Assembly (NCBI GenBank): GCA_040437565.1
Contig: JBDOQK010000014.1
Coordinates: 434,001 to 498,000, forward strand
Reading direction: 5' to 3'
DNA from: Albugo candida
Taxonomy: Eukaryota
DNA: 64,000 nucleotides
The notes under the pieces are model-generated. The model ran no database searches. It saw only the letters and a program-made list of their open reading frames with translations, and was not told the origin of the DNA. Position 1 is the stretch's first letter; every line of letters begins with the position of its first letter. The translations under genes and the position numbers were made by a program. Shown here piece after piece: positions 24,253 through 37,337 of this stretch.

Positions 24253-25212
24253 AATTTTTTTTTTTTCTCCGACTGTCGATGGCGACATGAGTCACATTAT
24301 AAACTAGACTGATTGAGTCAAATCTAGCTGAAGCGCCGTCACTAGGCATAACGATGGCATTCGGTAGGAAATATCAGTGCCTTTTAAGTGACCTGATATA
24401 CTGAGATTGAAAATCAGTAATTTCCCGCTGTGTACGGTATAACATTTCAAAATACACTCGGCAAAACATTGAATTGCCATTTGCATATCCAAAGGGTAGG
24501 CGCTGTACAAATTTCGGTGCCCTCGCTCAACGACTGGAAGTTCCAATCAAGCCTCACGTGCTTGACTCGCACACAACGCTGATCTCGCGACAGAATCGAC
24601 GCGATAGAAAAGCTAATCGAATAGCTCGTCATGATTTACTCAATTACAGCCCAAGGTTACCCAAGTATTGCAATTGTGTTCAGGCTCAAATGGCGAAGCT
24701 ATTTTACACCTTCTAGTTGAAGAGGCTGCTTAACTTCGCAGAGCAGATGGGATACGGTGCGCATTAGCTCCTACTTTCATTCAAATAAGTCGACTGTGTC
24801 CATATTACTGAAATCAAGTAATTGACTGTTTAGGCTTTCTTGAAGCTTAATGGTATTGATATTCCGACAACTTTTTTAAGGGTTTGGCAATTGCCACAGA
24901 CGTTTTGACTAATGTCACAGACAAAACACCTCTGTTGGCTAATTTCTATAACATTAATATGATTGGTCGATAAGGTAGCTATTTTAGGGAGCCTTTAGTA
25001 GGGAATCGTTATTCAGCACTTACCTTTTCTGTGATATCCCAGCCTCCATAAATTCATAGTCTAGGGGCCACTGATTGGTCAAATAAATATAATAGAATAA
25101 CAAAATCAAAATCACGCGAATCATTATCAGCCCCCCCTTCATAAATTAATGAAAAGCGTGGCCTCTAATTGGTCTGAATAAATGCAACGAAATGAAGACA
25201 ATGAAATCAAAC

Positions 25213-25796
25213 GGGAGCTGCTATCCGGACAACCCCCCATAATAAAAATGAGTCAGTATATTTTAATAACCCCCCCCCTTATTTAGGTTGATAAAAGTAG
25301 ATTACATATTATTGCGCGGCACATCCTCAACGGGACACCCCTTGACCCGCCATTTGAAACCCTATACAACACATAAGTGCCACAACTACAGCACAATCAG
25401 CCAAATTCTGAGCAAGCGCAATTTAAGTCAACAGCATTCATGCATGCCGGTTTGTCTTTGATATTTCTAACTGACATCTGCCGTTTTTCCAGACTCATCC
25501 CATCACAATGACAATTGCCAATAGCGAACAAAATGCAAAAGTGAAAGAAAAGGGCGTTGACCTAAGCCAGAAACGTTTATGCTGATTCGTGTATTAATTG
25601 TTCTTACCGTTTGTTTTTCAGGCTATTGAAATGACGTTGGCGGTGTAATACAACGTACATTATATTAGACGAAATCTAGGGTGCGGGTGTGTGTGTGGAA
25701 TTTTTAATATGGGGCGGGTGGGTGTCGGGTGGTATTTCTTTATTTTTTGTAGTGAACATCTAGAAACTAAATAAACACCAGCAATTAGCAGCTCCC
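25213..25796. mobile_element. Internally deleted derivative of the 33734 MULE (family E)
   Basis: Ends GGGAGCTGCTA and TAGCAGCTCCC; 5' part resembles 33734-33880 and the internal part resembles 36150-36390. Confidence 0.7.
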
Positions 25797-26333
25797 AATC
25801 AGAATGAAACTTCTATTTCCGCAAATTTTGTGCTACTTAACCCAAGTCTGTTTTCAAATCTACTGCTGCAAATGTTGCTGGTGCTGTTGGTGCTTCTTTG
25901 CATTTACTGCGCAGTGACAGCAAGCTGGCCTTCGCAGGCAAGGCGAGCTGCTATACCCACTGCGAGTAGATCACCTGCAATAAATAAATTGTCAGATAAA
26001 TATGACTGTTGCCGGCATAATCAGCAGACAATACAGCTTACCTGCTGACACAGCCATCTATTTATTGAGAGCAGCATGAGCACTTTCCGCTAGGATGTTG
26101 TTACATGTCCATAGTAACGCTTATTGTGCAGGAAAGCAACAAAAACGCTCCTTGTAACGCCAAGGTAGCACACCGAAGCTTCAGGGAAGGTGGCATGCAT
26201 TTCCGGAAGTTGGGTATGATGAGATAGTGTGATTTTATTGTATTTTATTCCGTTGCATTTATTTGAGCCAGTCTGATGCCACCATTTCCATCAATCTAGG
26301 GGTGGGAGCTAAATATTGATTCTCGTAATTTTG

Positions 26334-28846
26334 GGAATTCGGTATAGCCACACGCCACTTTGGTATAGCCAAAGCGCTAACTTAACTGAGAATACCGGTA
26401 ACGTTGCACCCCCAAAATATCCTAAATAAATGGGAACCGGTATCACAACACTCGCTAAATTAAAATTGAATCAGGGAACAGGTATCGCCACACCCCCTAA
26501 TCAAGGAATCCGCATTAGTCACACACCCTAATTATCCAACTCGCTACACACCTGCATACATTGCTGTACGCACGCTAACGTGAATACACTGCTCTTAACA
26601 TGCCACTTGCTCCACCCCGGAACACACCTATGAGACCTATGAGATTGCAGAAGTGGCAATAAAAATCTTCGCGTGGCAAGAAGGCTATACCACAAAGAAA
26701 GGTCGCACAAAGGTCGACAAGTACGGAAATACTAGGAGGGTGTGGCTTTCTTGCGTCCATGGTGGTCGGTACAAAAAAAGGGCACGATGATCCGCCAAAG
26801 ATCAACGCGGCTTCTAATGTGCCCATGGTTAGTCACCATTCAGCGCCAACTCAATCAAACTTCTGTGCAAGAATGGTGAGTGAGTGTGGTCGGTGCAATT
26901 CACAATCATGAGGCAGCACAGAGTCTTGCAGCATTCCCAGAAACCAGGGAATTGAATCAGGTCGAGAGGCACCAAATTCTGGACACCACAAAAGGTGGAG
27001 CACCTCCTCGGTTGATTTTGAGTACGATGAAGCGGTCTGATCCTACTTTTCTTTCCACCGGGCAAGACATTTACAATGTTAGAACACGTGAACGAGCGGA
27101 GTTTCTCCTTGGTCGTAGCCCTCTTGAAGCATTTCTGGACACACTAGAGGAAAATGCCATTAGGAATTAGCTTGATCGGGACCCCTCACCGGGTCAATTA
27201 ACGCACCTCTTAATTGCACCTCAGCCTTTTATCTTGACAGAAAATGATTTTTCTTCGAGGGGGGGGGGTTCTTATAGCAGAATCGACACACAAAATCAAC
27301 AGGTGAGTAAAATGCTTTGCAATCAATTTTTGCCCAACATAAACTAAAAGCAGACAAAATCTCCAGGATTAAAAGTGCCATTGTTCCATGTCATGGAAAG
27401 GGTAAGCAGAAACCAGTCCTATCCCCTTTGCTATATTTTCTCGCGACACGAATCAGAAGATGATTACATTTGGGCACTTGGGCAAATGAAGGTAGTTTTA
27501 CAAGATAGAACCACTGGGCCGATTGTCATTGTCACTGACAGAGAATTGGCGTTGATGGCTGCAATCTCACGGGCTCTACCTGAAGCGAAGAATCTACTTT
27601 GCATATGGCATATCAATAAGAATGTCCTGGGAAATGCTAAAAAGCACTTTACAAAAGACGAAGACGAGAAAGATTTTTCCACACAGTGGCACGGATTGTA
27701 CCCCTCTGCCACTAAACAGGAATTCGAAGAGAATTGGGTGCTCCTTAAAGATGATATTAATAATACTGGCTATGCGTATTTACAAACACTTCGATTCCGC
27801 TCAAGGAGACATTCATCCTTGCTTGGACTAAAGAAGTAAAGCATTTTGGGCATGTAGCTACATTTCGCGTTGTAGGCGGACTTGCAACCTTGAAGAAATG
27901 GATGGCAGATTCACTAGGGGATTTGGCAACAGTTGATGAAAAATTGGTTCTCGCAGCTCAACAGCAGCGCCAAAGTTAAAAAGTTGCATACGATCGTACA
28001 CATATCATCGTCCGCCTTAGTGGGAGCTTCTGGACAATTGTGAATAAAAATATTACACATTATGCATTGAATGAAATTTGTAACACTATTGTAGGCATAT
28101 AGTTGTGTACTGGACTGGAAAGGTATGTACTGACCATGTTTTGTTTTCTGCAGGTCTTCAAGCAGTACCAAATGGCACTATTGATGGAGAACAATAAAAA
28201 ATGCACTAGAACATTCACGAGCACTAAGGGATGGCCGTGCTCTCATGTCATCAAAGAGATGCACAAGATGGGTCAATCTTGCATGAAGCTCATTTGCATG
28301 AGCACTGGTGGCTTCACAAGCCTATACATCCCACACTGTGTCCTGCAATGCCTCGTCAGGAAAAACAAGCCTTTCGGGCATTATGAAAAGTTGCAAGAGC
28401 GTTACTCGGTCTTGCCTCCACACAGACAGCGCCTTTTTGAGCAGGCTCTCAATTGCCTTGCATCTGGTCCAGGCCCAGGGGTAAATGATCCTGCCACAGT
28501 GGCCTCACAAGGACGGCCGAAAGGGTCAACGAGTACCAATCGAGATCTGTCCGCATTTGAGTACGTTGAGAGGGAGGGGCAGAAACTGCCAAAACGAAGA
28601 TGCGGGGCCTGCAAACAAGAAGGTTACAACAGGCGCACATGTCCACAACCCAGAATTAACAAGACAAATCTGTAATTCAATCTAGGGTGTGTGGCGATAA
28701 AGGTTCTTTAATTTTTTAATGTAGGGTGTGTGGTGTTACCGGTTCCCATTTATTTAGGATATTTAGGGGGTGCAACGATACCGGTGTTCTGATTTAAATT
28801 AGGGGTGTGGCTATATCAAAAGTGGGGAGTGGCTATACCGAATCCC
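26334..28846 (+). mobile_element. Mutator-like element (family D) with transposase pseudogene
   Basis: About 120-bp TIRs GG(A/G)ATTCGGTATAGCCAC; VTDRELALMAAI...LLCIWHINKN MULE core, GRPKG...SAFEYVE and RRCGACKQEGYNRRTCP zinc knuckle; stops and frameshifts. Confidence 0.9.
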
Positions 28847-29577
28847 TAATATTATTATATTTATGCTGATATATTGTGTTCAACCAATCAGAGGCCACAT
28901 TTCCCATTCATTTATGGAGGCTGAGCGCTGAGTACAGAAAAGGTGAGTGCTAAATAACGAATCCCCTTTAGTATTCACTCACGCTCTTGATAGTTTTCCC
29001 ACTTCATTTGCTAAAATACATCAATAATCATCACTCACCCATCACGCGCGGTGACTCACTTTCAACTACACCTCGGCACAAACACACTATATTGAACTCA
29101 ACCTAACAACCTTATACACTGAGCACATATACACCATAAAATTTTCTTCAACATGTACATTACCAAAAGTAGCTTTTATTTAGCAAGTAAAAATACTGCG
29201 ATTATAGTCACAACTCTTTGAAAAATTATGTAAAAGCTATTTTTATAACTAAAAATAACAATCTTAGCTTTTTCTCGGTGAGTATTCGCGATAAAAGAGA
29301 TTGACTGATTGATCTAGAAAGCTGAGAATCTGAATTTTTTTCCTTTCGAGTGAATTAAATGCTAGTAAGTTGAGTGAATTGTACTAGTGAGCTGAGTGGA
29401 AGTAGTTTTTACGAGTAAGTGACTATTGATTTCGGTCTAAAGTCAATTTGAGTGAAGTTTGGCCAAGAATTAGGGGGATGAGTGAATTCGATCAAGAGGT
29501 CGAGTGAATAATAAAAGACTCCCCTATTTTACTGCTTCAACGTAAAACATAATCTAAAACTTCTCGGTTTTTATGAA

Positions 29578-32500
29578 GCGAATTGTTATAGCGACCGCCT
29601 ATATTCACCCCCCTATAACTATTCTCATCCCCCAATCCACGAGCCAATAAGATCATTCCGTATCAATTTCCATCAATCACGAAATCATTATGATATGTGT
29701 GTCATACTTTGCTGCGTATGTGTTATCAAATGCAAGGACCGTGCTCAGCCTGCGAGCTTTTTGGTTGCAGTCAAAAGTCGATATCCTGCTCACATATAGC
29801 AAAATATAATCCGCTGCCTAGCTCTGCTTATTGTCATTCTTTTATCGAATACTCATCATGTTGTTATAAGTAAGAATTTTGGATGATAGCATCGATTTAC
29901 AATTCTTTACTTCACCATTTTAAGCCTTCATGTAGCGATGCGTTGCAACTTCTGCTCCAATGTCAGTAACATGAAATGACATAGCCATGGTATCCTCTTC
30001 TTACCATCTGATTGTTGTGAAATTGCGCTCTTGATCTGATTTCAATGCCGTTGGATCAAGGAGGACAAGGACAAAATAATTTTGTATTGCTATATTATGA
30101 TTTTCATCTACCCAAGTTGAAATATACTCATCGAGATTGTCATTACTTCTTGCGAATAGCTCTTGCCTTCCAGTGGAGGTGATCCTATATTATATCAACA
30201 TTTATTTTGGTTTTTTGGTCATCCTAAAGGTTAGGTTTTAATTTTATTTGCAAAACATATTTTCTACCTAATTGAAATATACCCGCATAAATGTATTGTG
30301 ATTTGAACCAAAACCATTCCTTCTCGTCCATGAAGTCACCATGGACTGACTACTCGCTGATGTGCTCCAATTCTTCTGTGTCTATTGTTTGTACGACTTT
30401 GTGATAAATGATTGCTGATTGTCACGTGATTGGTATAATTGATACGAAATGCTGTGTGTGTGATTATAGGCGCTCCCTTGTTTTATTCACTCCCTTTTTC
30501 GTTAGATTCATACCCTTCTAAGTCACGCGACCCACAATATTATACATTTGATTATTTGCCGCAGCACATGAGTCGTGTATTTCCGACGCCGACGCTAATA
30601 CCGATTCAATGACGTCTATTCCCGAATGTTCTCAAACCGACATCGATTCCGTGGCGCTTAGCGTTTCCATTTAGCATGGATTTTATTCGGTATGCCGTTT
30701 CCTGATTTTACTCACCGGCACGATCGATCGAACGGCAACTACGTCTATTGTGGCCCATTAATCTACATTCTCCACATCTCCGTTTTCCTATGCGACCCTC
30801 TTCGTGCTCGAATCGGGATGCGTCTCGCTTCATACTGTTCTTTGGGAGATTTGTTGCGCCAACCGGTCTTCTGCGGGGTTGTGGATTCAAAACGGCGATT
30901 TGAACTAGACAGCAATGCTCTGGCCATCGAGCAACTTTGCGAAATTCGAATCGGCTTCTCTTGTTCGACTGCCGGAAGGATATTGATGCGCGCTCGAATC
31001 AATTTATACTACATTTTTTCCTCTGCTCTGATTGATTTGTTCACAGCAAAGATTAACTTTCAAACGATTCACGACTCTCACATCTTTTGAGTTCCATTCC
31101 GGGTACCATTGCGCGTGAAAGCTGAAAAATGTCAATATATTACTATTCTCAACAATGGCCGCGAGCTCATGTGCGCAAGGAATACCCATTGCCAATGAAT
31201 AGTATCGGGTGCAAGGACGAGGTTCTTGCTCAATTTTCCATGTCGTACAAGACATTTTTTATTTTTCCAGATACCGATGCGAATTTTTCTGGAAGGTTCA
31301 GCAAATTATGCATCTTCTCCTCGCTTCTTCAATTTTCCTCTGCTTTGATGTGGTGATTAAGTGCAATTGCCAGCTTGTTGAAAAGCGATGATAAGTACCC
31401 CCGCCAGACTTGTAGATACTTTTATTATGGTGGCATGGGATCCCTATGCACGCGAAAATACCTTGTTCCCAAAATGTGAATGCCGTTAAGTACAAGCGTT
31501 CATGAATCGTTTCTTGTAGACGTGCCAAGTCGTTGTCACGTACTCGAGTACCTCTGAATTCTCCAGCTGAGAGATTAGTAAGCTGCTCATCATAATCTTT
31601 CACCGTCCGGGTCGACACCAAGACGTTCCATATTTGCACAAACTCGTCGAAATTGTTTTGAGTTGTGTACTGCTTTTCGAAATTGGCAACGATATTTTTG
31701 TTGATATGCCAAATGCACAGCAGATTCGAGGATGACGGGAAGACTTGTGCGATGACCGCCAATAGGGCCAGTTCCCGGTTCCCGGTCCGTAACGGTTACC
31801 TTTGGCGCAGTCCGTTTTTTTCCCCGCGAGTTGGTTGCTTCAAACGTTGACTCATGCGTTGTACAAAGTGCGCAGGTTTTAGAAGGTGGTCATTTTTGTC
31901 ATCCTTAGCGTTGAAAAAATTGAAGTCGGCTTGACACCCGTATCCGTCGTTTTCTTCACTTCTTCCGCATGTTCTTCGATGAGCCTTCTATAGGTCGAAT
32001 TCCCGGAGAGATCAAGAAACATCTGTGATTATGCTTGCTGTGCATCGTCTTCAACTTCCATCTCGCATTTTTTTGGGAATAATTCGCAGAGAGGAGAAAG
32101 GAGCGTTCAATGCGCCGAGATGTTTTCTGTGACTTTCGTTCTGACACTTGAGACAGGTGTGCGCCACCACGGTCACATTTCAAGTATGTATTTTCCGGTA
32201 ACCGAACGTCTGGTAGTCACTGCGTATCCCTGTCCAAGATACCATTTCTGTGCTGTGTAAAGCAGCTCTTCACGGCTAATTTATTCGGACTCTTGGGGAG
32301 AGAGCATACCTGGAGTGTTGATCGCATCAGATGAGCAGAAAGGTGTGGCATTTGCTGCGCGTCAACCGATCAATTATTGCGTGAGTGGCAGCATCTCTTT
32401 ACATACCGTTGTCGTTCGGCGTAAGCAAAGCCTCCAATATCGATGTCGAAGAAAAGTCGGCTGCATCCGTTGTATCTGAGAAACAGAAAGTGTGGCGTCA

Positions 32501-32860
32501 ATTACCAGTTGCTTCCGTTATAGTATGAATGCCTTGCTAGAATGAGCACTCTCTTAACAGTACCAATCTCATGATGCATAGTTGGAGTTGGTGGAAGGTA
32601 AGTCGCTGAGAGGGAAAAACGTTCTCTTTTGAAATTGAGAAGTGAAGAACAAGTCGGTTGCATCCGTTGAATGTGAAGAGTAATCACGTAGACGTAGCCA
32701 AAAGCTTTTGCTCACGTGACTTAAAAGAGAGTGAGTATAATAATTTCCTAATTGAATGTATAATAATGTGGATCACGTGATATGAAAGGGAGTGAATATA
32801 GCAATACCCTATAATTATGTGTGTCACGTGACTTAAAAGTGAGCGAATAGAACAATTCCC
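29578..32860 (-). mobile_element. MULE (family G TIRs, GGGAATTGTTATATTCACTCCC-type) with decayed transposase at about 30708-32350
   Basis: NLLCIWHINKNI, GIPCAH, KRRCGECRLMGHNRRSC, LKCDRGG; multi-repeat TIRs. Confidence 0.85.
29591..30477. mobile_element. Non-autonomous TIR element (family F) inserted in the left TIR of G
   Basis: Inverted ends GCGACCGCCTATATTCAC and GTGATTATAGGCGCTCCC; near-TSD TTGTTATA/TTGTTTTA. Confidence 0.7.
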
Positions 32861-32869
32861 AAAATAGAC

Positions 32870-33710
32870 CACGGAAAATTTTATTCAGTCCCCATCTCCA
32901 TAAAGTAATAGATTACAAATTTTATATCAAAAAAAATGGACCTCTGTGTCAATAGGTACGTTGTATTGTATGCTGATTGTGCTGTAAATAGTCATATTTA
33001 TCTGACAATTCCTTCATTGCAGGTGATCTACTCTCAGTAGATCCAGCAGTACACTTCGCCTGCAAAGGGCAGCTTGCACTCATTTGCAGCAAAGTGCAAA
33101 GCAGCGAACCATGTTTCAAATGCAGCTTGCTTGCATGCTCTTAGTGGTGATGGAAAGATTTTGCTGCGCGCAGCTCATCTACAGTACTAGCAGTGGCTTA
33201 GTGATGACCGAAAATTTTAAGTTTCGTGGACTGTGATCAAGTGCAAGTAATTGTGACTATATGCCATTAACTAGCTGCAACTCCAATTTACTATAGGCTT
33301 GTTGACATCCACAATTGGCCATCTTTGCGCCCTTGTTTTTCGTCATTAAGTGGTACTACTATCTGGTGATGATGCTGATCAGCATTGATGGCTGGCTCAA
33401 CAGAAGAATCAGCAGCACCAACAACATCTGAAGCAGTAGATTTAGATGTAGACTTCGCTTAACAAGTACAAAGTTTGCTGAAAGAGAAGTTTTTTTCGTG
33501 ATTTTGTTGTATTTATTCGGTTGCATCTATTCAGACCAATGAAAGGACACGATTTCCGTTTATTTCGAGGGTGAGAGCTAGATAACGATTACCGTGGCTT
33601 TATTTATATTCTGTTATATTTTTACACCAATCAGAAGCCACGCATTTCATTGATCTATGGAGGCTGAGGGCTGATTAAAGAAAAAAGGTGGGGGATGAAT
33701 AACGATGCCC
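32870..33710. mobile_element. Family C non-autonomous element, left end truncated
   Basis: Right TIR ends AAAGGTGGGGGATGAATAACGATGCCC; interior resembles 56900-57100 and the reverse of 25800-26050. Confidence 0.7.
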
Positions 33711-33733
33711 AGAAATTATATCAGGATAATAAA

Positions 33734-36700
33734 GGGAGCTGCTATCCGTACCCTTCCTCTCCTCACATGTTACATGTATTTTAATACCCCCTTATTTAGG
33801 TAATAGATTACCCCTTCTTGCGCGGCACATGCTGAACGGGAAACCCCTTGAACCATCCCTTGAACCCCTATACAACACATATGTGCTACACGACCACGGC
33901 CTCTTCTCCACCTTAACGCCTTCCTTCTCTGCTAACAAAGGGACATTACAGCTCTCAAACTTCCACTTTATCGTCACGCTGTCTAATTTTAGCTTATGAA
34001 AGACCCCCCCAGTGCCTTCTCTCAAAAAGCAGATCACGCGATCAAAGCATTTTCCATGCAGAACGGGTTTTGTTAACCGCGATCGGTCAAAGACAAACAA
34101 GGCTGGCACGTAAATAAAAAAATACGGAAGGTCTGGTTGAAAGGTGCACATGCCCGAGTTCACGAAGTTAAGGGAGCGGCCTTCGTCGGACGTCAACAAT
34201 AAAAGCAAACTGCAAGTGGCAAGCTGACATTCAGTAAACAATAAGCGAATGCACCTATGTCTAGAATTTTGAAGTCCTCCCGTGCGGGCAAAATAACGCA
34301 GAAGACCCTTCCACATATGCGATAAACCGAGTCATACAACCGAAAAAGAAGTGCAAGTGATGATAATGACATAGGCTGGGGTGACACCGTACGCAATTCT
34401 TGCGACCCTTCGTCAGAACGATCCGTTTTGCTTGCTGCTGGAAAAGACGTGTACAATACCAAGCAAAGGGTATGGCGATCACAATCTGCCTCGTAATGTT
34501 TACTTTGACAAAGGTTCTAAACATCCTCCAGGTTAGTAACTCTGCGCTGAACGGCCGACGACCAGGTGAGGCTCTTTTGGACCGTTTTGAGAAGGAATAG
34601 GTCTATCACAAGCTTCACCAAAGTGATAGTCGAGAGTTGACTTATTTATTATTTGCGCCAACAACAGCTATATCACTTGCAGCGGAATTCATATCAAATG
34701 CAGTGCGTAGCACAATATTCAATGTTACAAAAATTATGCGTGCTTTATAATGTACCACTGATCAAGCCCATTATCTCTATGTACACAAAGGTCTTAATGG
34801 ACTCGTCGCACAAGACAAACAGGTAAAGTTTGATGGTTCTGCTAAGCTTTACCAGCGTTAGGCGTAAACTAACGGCCGATATCATGGATATAAACTGAAG
34901 TTGTTGCATAAAATTGGGGTTACGCCAAAAAAGAAGACAGTATCGCTGTCTTACGCCTTCCCTTCCGAAGAAAAGCGAAAGAGACTACGTATGGGCTCTG
35001 CGTCAATTTCGGGACTTCTTTGGGCATTTACTCAGTTCCGGCAAAATAGCTGTGGTTGTGGATCGTGAAGTGGCGCTGGTTGCAGGCACAAAAATGGCGT
35101 TCCCAAGTGCTACTGTGCTGATCTGCTCTTGACATCGAAACAAGAATGTGCAAGCAAGAGCGAAGCGGCACTTTTGCAAGACGGAGGAGTACGATAAGTT
35201 CTGAAACTAGTGGATGGCTCTCTGCAACGCACCTACAGAAGCGGATTATCACAAGCAACGGGCATTCTTCCCGCCAAGCTTGCCGCTGCAATTGGCAAAA
35301 TACTTGGAGGACACTTGGCTTGAAAAGCACAAGGAAGGATTTGTTACTGCCTGGACCAAAGATTCCCTACATATTGGAGATGCTGTCACGTCGCGTGTAG
35401 GGGGGAGCCATGCATTTCTAAATAGTGAATTGCTGTTTCAATACTTGACTTAGATGAAGTGTACAGCAATATTGGCCTCGCTGGAGATGCCCAACGCCGC
35501 GAAAATAGCCGACAGATCGGTCCTCAGGATGCAGCTTCCAGTTAAACTCAAAGCTCAATTCTTGGGAAACGTCGTTCTCAAAATTTCAGCACATGCACTG
35601 GGCAAGGTATGTGAACAATGAATGTCGTTTTTGCCAGGCGGGCATGAGCAATAACAGCTGGCACTCGATCCCAATGGAGTAGAGGAATGCAGTAACCTTT
35701 GTGGGAACAATGGGACTCCCCTACCAACGTTCTCTACGAAAGATGTTGACCAACAATAGGTGTTTCAAGGTTTCAGACTTCCATATACATTGGTGCCTCC
35801 AGCAACCACCACCGCCTACAAATGCACAGCAAGAGCGAAATTTCCGCTATATTGTGGAGTCGGTTTCAACACGGTACAAGGATGAACGAATACCAGCAGT
35901 CCATGCTTCGAACCGCACTTGAAGCATTAGATTTCTCGCACGCATTTTTCATGAAGAATACCGTAGTAGCGCGAACACGTGGGCGGCCATTGGGCTCGCA
36001 AAACCGTTCTTCAACAAGGCGCGATCCTTCACTTTTTGAGCATGTGGAGGAAAAACGCCGCAATAAGCGAAAATGCGGGCATTGCAAGGATGTAGGACAG
36101 TACAGATTCACCTGCCCATTGCTTGCGGAGAAAGTTGCCGGTATCAGAGCAATCAGCCAAATTGAGAGCAAGCGCAATGCAAGTCAGCAGCATTCATGCA
36201 TGCGGGTTTGTCTTGAAATGCCTTTGGTACTTTCTAACCGACATCTTCCTTTTTTCCAGACTCATCCCATTACTGTGACAATTACCGATGGCGGAAAATG
36301 CAAAATCGCAAGAATAGGGCGTTGAAGTAAGCCGCAATGATTGTGTATAATTTCTTCGTACCGGTTTTTTTTCAGGCTATTGAAATTGATAGTGATTCCG
36401 GCGGCGATGTTGTTGAAGAAGGCTGGACGCTAGAGGAAGAAATGTAACCGCTATATTTGGCCAGCAGCTGGCTCAATGACCAGAAAATCATATCATTTCT
36501 CCGAACTTACACCCCGGAGTCGACGGCGGTTATCATAATGCCGCACATAAGGAGATTCCTTTTCGGCAATTGCAAAAAATACGAAGCGTCTTCCTTGAGT
36601 CTCTGAGAGTGCACACACCATCTTCATCAATAATCCTGACAACCGTATTGTGCACAGGAATATATATGTATGGGAAGTTCCCGATCTCACCATGCACCTC

Positions 36701-37337
36701 GTGTACTCGCTGCAGCCCCCGATGCACGACTCCGATGATTTACTTTTCATGACCAGCTTTTCAGGGTCACTCTGGCCAACAACTAGTTGGAAATCGTAAG
36801 TGGCCTGTTTATGATTGATGCAGCTGCACACTACTCTCCACTAACTCACTATTTTTTGCAATAGATTTATTCCGCAAGTCGCTGATTGCCCCAAGCAGAC
36901 CTATGGTATTTCATGCGGATTATACGTAAGCTTTTTTGCCAGGGAAGCCGCTCAAGGTCGGGCTATCGGGGGAGCTTCCCCGCTTGCTCCTGAACTCCGC
37001 GCGGAATTGTTGCCCCAGCAGGGAGCCTTAGAATGCAAATGATTACATAGGTATGATCAGGTGGGAATTAGGATTGTGCAGACTATAAAGAATTTTGTCT
37101 GTCGCTCTTATTTTCATGATAACTTTCCATTTATTACGAGCCCTTTCAAACCAATCAGTAAATCAACGATAGATTCAGCAGTCACAACACTTTATTATTC
37201 AAATCATATGTCAATCGAAATTCTGTTGAAGCATCTCCCTTTACCAAAACTGAAGCGCCGAACTCAACACATAAACAAACCAAAACATCACAAGGTATTG
37301 ACTCATGTTTGATTATCGGGGGTAGGTGTTTATTATA
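33734..37337 (+). mobile_element. Family E MULE with transposase pseudogene (about 34150-36130) and a downstream Ulp1-like remnant
   Basis: VVVDREVALVAG, YLEDTWLEKHKEGFVTAWT, TSRVGGSHA, RGRPLGS...RDPSLFEHVE...KCGHC; left end GGGAGCTGCTATCC. Confidence 0.85.
36376..37030 (+). pseudogene. Ulp1/C48 cysteine-protease-like remnant inside the MULE
   Basis: SWLNDQKII at about 36466 and PQVADCPKQTYGISCGLYV at about 36872-36930 resemble the Ulp1 WLND and PxQxNxxDCGx(Y/F)V motifs; frame is broken. Confidence 0.5.

Larger units (their letters stand above)
25001..28965. mobile_element. MULE-derived long-TIR element (family C, GGGAATCGTTATTCAGC ends)
   Basis: About 200-bp TIRs; exact 8-bp TSD CTTTAGTA at 24993-25000 and 28966-28973. 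Confidence 0.85.
24987..29523. mobile_element. Non-autonomous TIR element (family B), host of nested insertions
   Basis: Ends GGGAGCCTTTAGTATTCACTC (reconstructed across the insertion) and GAGTGAATAATAAAAGACTCCC; exact 8-bp TSD CTATTTTA at 24979-24986 and 29524-29531. Confidence 0.8.
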
